A stretch of 59,792 nucleotides of DNA, the filler included, from Jimgerdemannia flammicorona (lineage: Eukaryota): assembly GCA_003990765.1 (NCBI GenBank). It is 3 parts of 3 records of this genome, joined end to end, with 100 filler letters (N's around TTAATTAATTAA, not from the genome) between each part and the next. Parts side by side here need not be neighbours in the genome. Positions count along the whole stretch, not along the records: positions 19,966 to 39,829 come from RBNJ01001826.1; positions 39,930 to 59,792 come from RBNJ01001827.1; 1 more part is not named here. One strand, 5' to 3'. The stretch's first letter is position 1. The number at the start of each line of letters is the position of its first letter. Positions 37,460-48,114 of this stretch are shown here, piece by piece. A program made the translations under genes and the position numbers. The notes below the pieces were generated by a model that was not told the origin of the DNA, did no database searches, and saw only the letters and a list, made by a program, of their open reading frames with translations.

Positions 37460-37693
37460 CTCATTTATTAACTATCTATAATATACTACATATCCTCATA
37501 CAACATCAGTAGCCCCATTCCACCCCAATCTCAATCCACCTTCACACTCACTCAGCCTTGTATCTTTAGAGTGTGAGTTACAACCTCACTGCCCAAGTAA
37601 CTAGATCCTCCTACCCAGTCTGCCCCACTCAAGAGTGGGTATGGGTTGTGAGCCCCAACCACCTCAAGTACTTGGCATCTTATACACCTGATC
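37412..37693 (-). mobile_element. Short poly(A) retro-insertion on the minus strand
   Basis: ~47-nt T-run followed by TTTATT (AATAAA on minus); possible TSD CCACCTCT/CTACCTCT. Confidence 0.5.
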
Positions 37694-37710
37694 TACCTCT
37701 ATTAGTGCCT

Positions 37711-38720
37711 CCTGTCTTGCCTGTCTTATCTGTCTTGCCCATCTTGCCCATCTTGCCCATCTTGCTTGTCTTGCCCATCTTGCCTGCTTGTGTTGCCTAT
37801 GTTGCCCATATTGCCTGTATTGCCATCTTGCCATCTTGTCCATCTTGCCTGTCTTGCCTGTCTTGCCCATCTTGCCCACCCATGTTGCCCATATTGCCCA
37901 TGTTGCCCATGTTACCTATGTTGCCCATGTTGCCCATATTGTCTATATTGCCCATTTTGCCTATTTTGCCTGTCTTGCCCATATCGCCTATCTTGCCATC
38001 TGCCCATCTTGCCCATATCACCTGTCTTACCATCTTGCCCATCTTGTCCATCTTGCCTGCCCATGTTGCCCATGTTGCCTATATTGCCCATATTGCCCAT
38101 ATTGCCCATGTTGCCCATATTGCCTATGTTGTCTGCCTGTGTTGTCCATGTTGCCTGTATTCCGTATTGTCTGTGTTGCCTGTTTTGCCCATTTTGCCCA
38201 TTTTGCTCATCTTGCCTATCTTGCCCATGTCGCCTGTTTTGCCATCTGCCCATCTTACCCATATCGCCCATCTTGCCATCTTGCCCATCTTATCTGTCTT
38301 ACCCATCTTGCCCATCTTGCCTGTCTTGCCCATGTTGCCCAACTTGTCATCTTGCCGTCTTGCCTATCTTACCCATATTGCCCATCTTGTCATCTTGCCA
38401 TCTTGCCCATCTTGCCTGTCTTGCCCATCTTGCCTGTCTTGCCTGTCTTGCCCGTCTTGCCCACCTGTGTTACCTGTATTGCCTGTATTGCCCATGTTGC
38501 CCATTTTGCCCATTTTGTCCATATTACCTGTCTTGCCATCTGCCCATCTTGCCCATGTCACCCATCTTGCCATCTTGTTATCTTACTATCTTGCCCATCT
38601 TGCCTGTCTTACCTGTCTTGCCTGCCTGTGTTGCCCATGTTGCCCGTGTTGCCCATGTTGCCCATGTTGCCCACCCATGTTGCCTGTGTTGCCTGTGTTC
38701 TGTGTTGCCCATTGTCTGCC
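37711..38720. repeat. ~1-kb 9-mer satellite (TTGCCCATC/TTGCCCATG/TTGCCTGTC)
   Basis: About 110 degenerate 9-bp units; rare TCGCC and CCCGT variants remain. Confidence 0.95.
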
Positions 38721-38787
38721 TCCTCTGTCACCCCCTCTGTCAGTAATATACCACCACTAAATAAAGTATATGAGGAGTTTATTGTAT

Positions 38788-39829
38788 GCCCCTTTCTCCA
38801 CTACCTTACTGGTCACAAGGTTTGGTAGGCGACCTTCCGAGTCCCATTTCCCCTATTGTTACCCCCTCTACCTCGGGTTGGTTTGCTGTGCCTGTAGGGG
38901 CATGGTGGGAGGAGGGCAATGGTGTTGAGTTGCCCCTTTATCGGTGTTGGATCGGTGCTTCCTCCACTTTTTCACAGATTCTGATGCCTTCAGCTGCGTC
39001 TGGGGTGTACCCATTTTGGTGCAGCGCCTTCTTCCTTTTGCCATTGCCAACAAGGAGTTGTCTCGGTGTGTCTTGGGCTACGTAGGGAGTCAGCTGACCT
39101 TGGGCATCAAGTGCTCAGTATAGGTTACCTGCAGGTCCTCGGTGCCTGTGGTGGGGCCCTCTGGCTTTGGCGAGCTTCTCGGCGAGCGTGGGTCTAGTGT
39201 AGGTGACTGCTTTTCGGGTGTTGTCGGGATGAGAGGGGAGATGTCCATTACAGATAGGCAGAAGGGCGACTATGGTGAACCAGTAGGGTGCCAGGCTGGG
39301 GGCGGTCATCAGGGCTGGGGCAGGTGCTGCTTTGGTGGGGCCTTTTGATTGGTGCAGCGTGGTTAGGTGGTAGGTGTCACTATCGGCTTCTTGTGGCGGT
39401 CAGCGGGGTTGGGCCCCAGTTGTCAGGGGGGGTCAGGAGGCCCGAGGCTACCTATTTCAGGCGTCTTGGCACCACTCAACTGGAACCGGGAGCTGACATG
39501 GCAACATGATCGAGGCCCACAGGCTTGAGTAGTGGGGTATTGGGGGTTTCCTCCCGCCTCACATGTAAGTCCTTTACTCATCTCATCTAGGAGAACCAGG
39601 CCCTACCCACCGTGTTGTGCTTTGATGAGAGTTTTTATTTGCCTGTCATTCTCTTTGGGGTGGCAGGGGCTATTCTATTCGGCTCGGGCATGGCCTTGTA
39701 CATATGTTGGGTTCTCAGGCATGCACTTTCGGTCATTGGCATATGGTTGGGTTTCCCCTGGTGGTAGGGAGAGCATGGTGCACAGAATGAGGTATGGGCT
39801 TATCAGCCCTGCTGCGCCTGACATGGTCG
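38788..39829 (+). mobile_element. ~1.2-kb retroposon, copy 3 (cut by contig end)
   Basis: Same 5' start CCTTTCTCCACTACCTTACTGGTCACAAGG; colinear with the other copies. Confidence 0.92.
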
Positions 39830-39929
39830 NNNNNNNNNNNNNNNNNNNNNNNNNNNNNNNNNNNNNNNNNNNNTTAATTAATTAANNNNNNNNNNNNNNN
39901 NNNNNNNNNNNNNNNNNNNNNNNNNNNNN
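39830..39929. other. Artificial contig linker
   Basis: N44-TTAATTAATTAA-N44. Confidence 0.98.
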
Positions 39930-40050
39930 AGACAAGGTAGAGTAGGGCCACCTGATGGGGATCGGTTAGTGGGGGGTGATATTTTATACTTATTCATAGA
40001 CTGGTAAAAAAGATGGAGTCCAAGGGACTATAAAAAAAAAAAAGAAAAAA
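39930..40050 (+). mobile_element. LINE 3' end with poly(A)
   Basis: Ends GGAGTCCAAGGGACTAT(A)n, similar to GGAGTCCATGTGACTAT(A)n at ~34525. Confidence 0.6.
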
Positions 40051-40300
40051 GGAAGAAGATACTATACTAAAATGAATATATCTTAGATATAGCTAAAGAT
40101 ACTAGAATCTGCAAAATAATAGAGAAGATACTGATCTAATACTGATAAAAGGGCAACTCATCACTATTGCTCTCCTCCCACTATATCTCTGTAAGCATAG
40201 TAAACTAATCTGAGATAAAAGGGGTAATAATAAGAGAAAGGGGACTTGAAAGGTTATTTACCAAATCTTGTAACTAGTAAGATAGCAGAGAAAGGAGCTG
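40051..40300 (-). mobile_element. 5' fragment of the 1.2-kb retroposon, older copy
   Basis: Reverse complement of CAGCTCCTTTCTCTGCTATCTTACTAGTTACAAG..., ending at 40300. Confidence 0.8.
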
Positions 40301-41248
40301 ATAATACTACAGCTCTCAAAATCACCAGTACTATACAATGAGTTATAGAAAGACAGTGGTATTTCACTGAGCTACTAACTATAGAAGAATTCTTTGATAG
40401 TATTCAAAGTATAGTATAGATATACTTATTATGAATTTTATATTTCAAGACCTATTAGAACTGAACTGAGTTCTAAGAATACTTCAAGTTGGGATAGCTA
40501 CTAAACTTAAAGTCAGAAATAGAAAAAGAAGATTAAATTAGGAAGTATCAGCTCTCTTATACTCAAATTATCATTACTAAGAAAGTATATAAGTTATTTA
40601 AGGAGAACAAGCCAGCTTTAGCTCATTTTTGAGAAATAGCTTTAGATATATCAGGAGACAATATTAAGAGAATATAATAATATAAATTATACAGTATAAG
40701 AAGATTCAACTAATCAAGACTTGAGAGTTTAAATAGGATATTTTAGTGATAAATCATCTATTCAAGAGAAAGTTGTGATAGTTAATCTAAATTAATAATA
40801 TAAATTAAAAAAATAGACATTTGATTATAATATATGAATCTAATTTTCAAATATAGTATAGTTTTACAAATAGTAGTTATTTTGGTAATATAAAAACTTT
40901 AATAATTACTAAGATTCTGTAGATATTGAAATCTTTGCAATTGCTAAATTTTAGCAAATATTAAAAGATTGTATACTTGTAAAAAGTGACTTACATAAAA
41001 TATAATCATAACTTAGTCATCTTATAGCTAGCAAACTTATATAAATATCTCAGTATTTAGAGTAAATAAATCTCAGATCAAAATAGTTTAAAGTAAAGAG
41101 AAAGTAAGAGAACTGATAAGCCTATAGACAGATATACTTTAAACTTACACTTCTGTACTCTGAGAACTCTGCAAAAATCAGAATAAGATCAAGTTTCAAG
41201 ATACAAAAATCTGCTATATTTCTGAGGTTAGATATCTACTATATTATA
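40301..41248 (+). mobile_element. Lineage C 3' end: accessory ORF remnant, PPT and LTR (40774-41248)
   Basis: Inverse homologue of 48115-48637 plus 49833-50295; EYFKLG*LL at ~40477; AAGAGAAAGT precedes TGTGATAG. Confidence 0.8.
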
Positions 41249-41689
41249 CTAATAATTCTATAGTAAAGCTTTTTTTTTTTATTAAGTATAATATTTAAAT
41301 TATCTATATGAGTATATATATCTATATTAGTATTAATTCTTTTTAAGTAATGAGTAATAGATTTAAAGCTTTATAATCTATTAAATAGAGATTTTTTTTA
41401 GTTTACTTAAGTTAATAATTAGATAAAAACTAAGTAATCTATATATCTGAATAGTAATATATATATCTATTTATTAAATAATAGTAGAACTAATCAATAT
41501 ATAGCCTGGATATTAATAAGATATTCTAACTTAACTTTTTTTTCTACTATAGATTTTTTAGTTAAAATATATAATTATATACTTAAATTTATTTTTCTTT
41601 TATATAAAGACTACTTTTAGTCTTATTAAACTTATATTTATCTAAAAGATGGATTATTTAGATTAGTCAGATCTTTTCAAAATAGATAC

Positions 41690-44600
41690 TGTTATATAGT
41701 AGTCGCTGAGTCCTTCAAATATATCAGATTCTCTTCAAGATATATCTCTTAGACTAACTCAAGTTTGTTATAAGCAAGTTCTTATTAGAGTGTCTTCCTA
41801 AGGTCTTATAGTCATCAAACTTCTTATCTTTAACTGTCTTATTATCTCTTAGATTGTCTGCAAGGAAGTATGTATAAGTGAACTTGACTGACTTTATTTC
41901 AAAGGAAATAAGAGGGGTATTTATACAAAATATAATTCAATAGTTGCTAAGATATAAAGCTAAATATAAATTCTAATAATTAAAATAAAATGCTAGGACA
42001 GGAAAAACTGCTAAGTTCCAGGGTCAGCACTGATAGTTATACAGATTCAGGATGCTGATATAATTTTGGTGGTACAGGAAAATAGTGCTAGAATAATTCA
42101 GTATTACCTCAGAATACCAGTGCTGGTATTATTTGGTATCATATCAAAATGCCAGTGTTGGTATTATTTGATATCACATCAAAATACCAGTGCTGGTATT
42201 GTTCAGTATAACCAAGAGACTTAGAGCAGAATGTTCAAGACTATTGTGACTTCATCCTTATCAGAGGTTAGGATTTCTTTGAAGAAGATGAGGTCAGTGA
42301 ATGTCTCATCTGTTTTGTCATTGTCATTATGTAGGTCATATGTTTCACATACTTCATGTGCTTCATGTATATCATACAGGATAATGTTATTACTGATGAC
42401 ATCATTACATTCAGTGATAGCAGCAGCAGAAATAAGGAGATCTGGAGCTCTCCAGTCTATGAGGTTCTCTTCTATAAAATAGAGAACAAATGTGGGGTCT
42501 TGGAGAGGTCTAACCTGGATGCTTGGGCCTTGGAATACTGAGATCAATTCTTGTAGAAATTGATCTAGGTTGTCCTGGAGAATGGGATGCCAGAAGTCTT
42601 CTACTTTATCACTATTGAGGGTGATAGTGGACTGGGCTTCTGTAGCCACTCTGGCTTCTAGTGTATTGATATAGTGAGATAATAGGTCTCTGAAGTCTGA
42701 GACTCTAACATACTCCAAGTTGGGGATCAACCATGGTACATGCCTGAAGATCTAATAGATCTTCTTAACTGTCCTTGTTTCATATATATCTATAGGAGTG
42801 GCATCTTATAGCTCTTAAGTGCTGGCCTGTGGAAACTCCTGGCAGAGGAGATTTTATATTTCATACTCCTGCCACATTTGGAGGTATTCAGTAGCAATAG
42901 TGATCCTTGTTTCCATTTTACAGTAATAGAGGATATAATGATAAGGGTTACCAGTATCTAGGTTGACACTAGGAGTCCTTCTTGAGCAGGTCCTCATGGC
43001 TCTTCTGATGTCTTGGAACATCCTTTCTTCAACTGAAGTATCTTGGTGATTTCTTGACCTTGAGGTTTGGCAAGTGGTAGGTATTTCATTTGTGGTAAGT
43101 CTTTGAGCTATTTTGGGATTAGTGGGTCTTATTGGTTGCTACTACTGTAGTTCCTTAATCCTTCTTTTATATTCTTCAAAACATCTGAACTGTAGTCACA
43201 ATGACTCACAGTTGGTCATCATCACTCATCTCATATGCTGTATGATCTTCTTATACTCTGATCTGGTGGCTTGTAAGGAAAGGTTGTCTCCTGTACTGAT
43301 GTCATTATTCTGGAGTCACTGTTACATCTTTCTTCTGAATAAGGATCTTCTTGAGTATCCTTATTCATTGGTCCAGTTCTGAAAAATTTGCTGATCCCAT
43401 AATCTCTGGCAAGGGGTCGAATAGTGGTATTTATGGGCTGGCATCTTCTCTATGTATTTTGGTGTGATGGTGAAGAGTCACTCCCTTCATATAGAGTAAG
43501 GACCTGATTCTGATCTTGACCAATCAGTTGACAGTTCAAACTCCTCTGGCTTCAAAAGTCTCATAGATAAGTAGTTGCTAGTGCTATATTCCTTAGAGAA
43601 TAGTCCAGACAGATAGCCTACTGGTCACAAGACATGCTGTTACAATTCATGGACTAGAATCTTGCAGGTGGTTATCATGTTTTGCTTCTCTTGTATAGGT
43701 TTATAGTACTTCTTGAGTCTGTTCCTATGTATTGTGGTAGGCAGTATAGTCTCTGAGATTTTTCTAAGCTAGAAGGTAGTTCTCTTGATATCTTGTACAT
43801 AGAAGAGTCCTTTCTATTTGGGCTCTAGTTTTTGCAACCATAAGACTTCTACCATATTTCAATACAGTAGAACCTTTTCTCCAATTTGGATGGGTTCTAG
43901 GGTCTTGTGGTTCTTTTCTGCATTCTTTCTTATCAGTGCTTATGACTTGATGATGTAATCTTTAGCCTTCTTCCTGATTTGATATAGTCTCTGGATTTCT
44001 GCATCAACCCATCTCTAAGTTAGGTTTAGATTTGTAACTGAGGTTCCATCAGAATCTTCTTCTTCAGAGAGCAGTTCCCTTGGAGTAAAGTGTGTGCTCT
44101 GTGACTATATGTCTTGTAGGACAGAGAGGGCAGTTGAGAGATAATTATTCTAATTCTCATATGTCTCTGAGATCTTTGCCCGAATGTTCTTGAGAGTCTT
44201 ATTGATTCTCTCTATCTATTCATTTTCTTGAGAATAGTATGTGGTGGTCTTAATGTGCTGGATCTTATATTTCTGATACATTATCTCATGGAATCTATTG
44301 ATAAATTCTGTACCACAGTCTGTTGTAATTTGCTTTGGTATCTTGTAGTGACAGATAATTTCTTGGTACAGGAAGTTAGCTATAGAGAGGGTATTGGCTT
44401 CTTGTAATACTCCTGCTTCTATCCATTTGGTGAAGAGGTCTATAATAATTATAATATAGCAGTTTCCTGATAGTGTTACTGGTAGTGGCTCAATGATATC
44501 CATTGTGATATTGTAGAAGGGGATAGACTCAATTCTTGATGACCTGGATGTCTGGTCTTGCTGATCTTGTTTCTGTTTTTGGCACTTGTTACACTCTTTG

Positions 44601-46076
44601 ACAAATTGGTGCAGGTCTTCTTCTATCTTGGACCACTATATGGTTCTTCTTACCTTATCATATATGTTAGTTCCTCCTAGATGTCCTTGCTTGTATACTT
44701 CCTTCATTACTTGATACTTCTTGTGTTTGGGTATTACTAGCTTTCCTCCTTTTATGAGTGTAGTGTTGTCTAGTTCAAACTGTTTCTAAGTCTAGTTGAT
44801 GATGGTAATTGTCCAGGTTTGAGGTACATATCTCAGAATGCCAGTACTGGTATTATTTGGTATTACATATATCAAAATACCAGTGCTGGTATTATTTGGT
44901 ATTACATCAAAATGCCAGTGCTGGTATTATTTGATATCACATCAAAATACCAGTGCTGGTATTATTCAGTATAACCAAGGGACTTAGAGTAGAATATTTA
45001 AGACCATTGGAGCTTTATCCTTATCAGAGGTCAGGATTTCTTTAAAGGAGATGAGGTCTACAAACATCTCATCTATCTCATTATTGTCATTGCATAGGTC
45101 ATATATTTCATATACTTCATGTGCTTCACATATGTTGTATGGAATGATGTCATCACCAATGATGTCATCATATTCAGCAGTGGTGGTGGCAGGAACAAGG
45201 AGATCTGGAGCTCTCCAGTCTATGAGGTTCTCTTCCACAAAATAGGGAACAAATGTGGGGTCTTAGGGAGGTCTAACCTGGATGCTTGGGCCTTGGAATA
45301 CTGAGATCAATCCTTGTAGGAATTGATCTGAGTTGTCCTGGAGAATGGGATGCCAGAAGTTTTCTACTTTATCACTATTGAGGGTGATAGTGGACTGGGC
45401 TTCTGTAGCCACTCTGGCTTCTAGTACATTGATACAGTAGAATGACAGGTCTCTGAAGTCTGAGACTCTATCATACTCCAAGTTGGGGATCAACCATGAT
45501 GTATGCCTGAAGATCTGATAGATCTTCTTAGCTGTCCTTGTTTTGCATATATCTATAGGAGTGGTATCTTATAGCTCTTGAGTACTGGCCCATGGGAACT
45601 CCTGGTAGAGGAGGTTTTCTATTTCATACTCCTGCCACATTTAGAGGCATTCAGTAGTAATGGTGATCCTTGTTTCTATTTCACAGCAATAGAGGATATA
45701 ATGATAAGGATTATCAGTACCCAGATTGATACTAGGAGTTCTTCTTGAGCAGGTTCTTATGGCTCTTCTGATGTCTTGGAATATCCTTTCTTCAACTGAG
45801 GTATCTTGATGATTCCTTGACCTTGAGGTTTGATTTTATTTGTGGTAAGTCTTTGAGCTATTTTGGGATTGGTGGATCTTGTTGGTTGCTGCTACTATAG
45901 TTCCTTGATCCTTTTTTTATATTCCTCAAGATATCTGAACTATGGTCACAATGACTCACAGTTAGTCATCATCACTCATCTCATATGCTATATGATCTTC
46001 TTGTGCTCTGATCTGATAGCTTGTAAGGAAAGACTATCTTCTATACTGATGTCATCATTCTGGGGTCACTGTTACA
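41690..46076 (-). mobile_element. Internally deleted lineage A element (partial 5' LTR 46076-~44825, IN, 3' LTR 43326-41690)
   Basis: 4-bp TSD ATAC (41686-89, 46077-80); the U3 repeat array is fused directly to the RH-IN linker at ~44825. Confidence 0.93.
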
Positions 46077-46258
46077 ATACTTAGATTAATCAAATCTTAA
46101 GCTCTCAGAATACTTACTTTTAAGTATTTTTTTATTTAAATTTAGTATTCTTTTCAAACAAATTATAGATTAGATTTATAATATTAAAGAATCTATAGGT
46201 AATTTTTCTATAGTAAGTAATAAGACTTATAAAGATTCTAGTCTTATTAACTACTATT

Positions 46259-46549
46259 TAGTACTCAGAATAAATTAAATTAAATTAAATTAAATCTCAA
46301 TTTAATTTAAGATTTCAATTTAAATCTTAATTTTCAAAATTCAATAACTTAATAAAAATATGACCAAATTTGACAAAATTATAACTTATTAGATTTATCT
46401 TATCTAAAGAAATTTAGTATAATAAAGATTATTAAATTTAATTATATTTTAGTTAAGATATTATATTTCAAAGTTTGACTTTAATTTTAAATCAAATTAA
46501 ATCTCAATTTAATTTGATCTAAATTTATATAATTTATTTAAGAGTATTA
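46259..46549. mobile_element. hAT-type MITE
   Basis: TAGTACTC...GAGTATTA termini; TSD CTACTATT/CTATTGTT; internal similarity to 19126-19384. Confidence 0.75.
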
Positions 46550-47470
46550 CTATTGTTAGTATTAGATAAAATATTATAATCTTAATCTTAATTAGATCTA
46601 TATGAGTATTAGTTTGATTAATAATATATTTAAGATAGGTGATCTTAATTTCTATAAACTTATACTTTTTAAACTTAATAAATAAGCTATATTTTTATAG
46701 TTTCTATAGAATTTCTTTAATATATTACAAATACTCCTCTATAGTCTTATTGAAGATAATAATATTATCTATATAAATATTAAGTTTTTTACTTTTTAAA
46801 CTATCTTAATTTGAAATTTATTTACTTTAAATGCTAGATTATATATATATATTAGTACTCTGAATAAGTTAATTTGAATTAAATCTGGATTTAATTTATT
46901 ATGTAATAGTTTAATCTAAATCTTAAATTTAAAATAATCTAAGCTAACTTAGATCAATCTAAATTACTCAATCTGAATTCTTCAATCTAAATTCTTTTGA
47001 ATCTACTATATAACTTATATATTAGATATATTTATATAAATAAATATACAAATAAATAAATAGTATATTCAAACACTTATATTAATTGACTAATCTTCAA
47101 CAATTCATAGTACTAATGATACTTTAAGTTAAATATCTTTGATAGTCCTATATACTTCTTATAATCTTCATTCTAAAATCTGGTAACATTATACTAAAAT
47201 TTGTGATAAGATTATTTATAGTTACTATAGGTAATAATAATAATAATATATATATTTGCAATATAACTAATATATTATATAATATATATATAATATTGAT
47301 CTTACTAAACTCAGCCAATCTCATATATTATATAGCTAGAAGTTCAAGATGCATAGTGGTTCAACTTTAAATATATATAGATATATAAGAGAAAGATACT
47401 CAGATAAAATCAAAAAGAATATGAAAATAAATAGAATTAACCTCTAAGCTATAGTAAGTATAGTTATCTC

Positions 47471-48042
47471 TAGTACTCCTAATGAGTCAATTTAATCTAG
47501 ATGGGATTCAGATTGATTCAGATTGAACCCCATCCAGATCAACTCAGATGGGATTTGAATCCCATCTGGATGGATTCAAATCAACTATTGTTTTGATTTC
47601 CAAATTAGACAATTAAATATTTACATCAATAACTCAATGAATAATCATCCAAATTTGATGTTCTTGGTGTCATTTGAAAGCCCTTAATAAGACCTATCTA
47701 ATGATATCAAACACATTGAAATTGGATCATGCGTTGCGGAGTTATGAAGGAAAATGTCTGAATTACTGATTTTCGAAATTATTCAATTTGCCAATTTTGA
47801 AAATTTCATCAAATAGAATGGTTTCCTTAATATCTCGGCAATGCATAATCTGATTTTAATGTTCTTGGTATCATTAGAAAGGCCTTATTAAGGGCTTTCA
47901 AATGACACCAAGATCATTAAATTTGGATTATTATTAATCAAGTTATTGATGTAAATATTTAATTGTCTAATTTGAAAATCAAAATAATAGTTGATTTGAA
48001 TCCCATCCGAATCCCATCTGGATTGACTCGTTCAGAGCACTA
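47471..48042. mobile_element. hAT-type fold-back MITE, 572 bp
   Basis: TIR TAGT(A/G)CTC...GAGTCAAT; TSD GTTATCTC/GTTATTTC; ~180-bp inverted arms (about 47572-47755 versus 47822-48004). Confidence 0.92.
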
Positions 48043-48114
48043 GTTATTTCTCAAAATATAATTACTCAACCCTCTAAAATCAATAATCTCATTTAATTAA
48101 AATTATTTAGCTAT

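Noticed and set aside
37573..38828. Long Cys/Pro/Leu-rich ORFs (326-395 aa) resembling metallothionein or keratin-associated proteins
   Set aside because: Open in all three frames only because the 9-mer satellite lacks stops.
46080..47460. AT-rich centromere or origin-like region
   Set aside because: Explained by heavily decayed MITE/TE remnants; no independent evidence.
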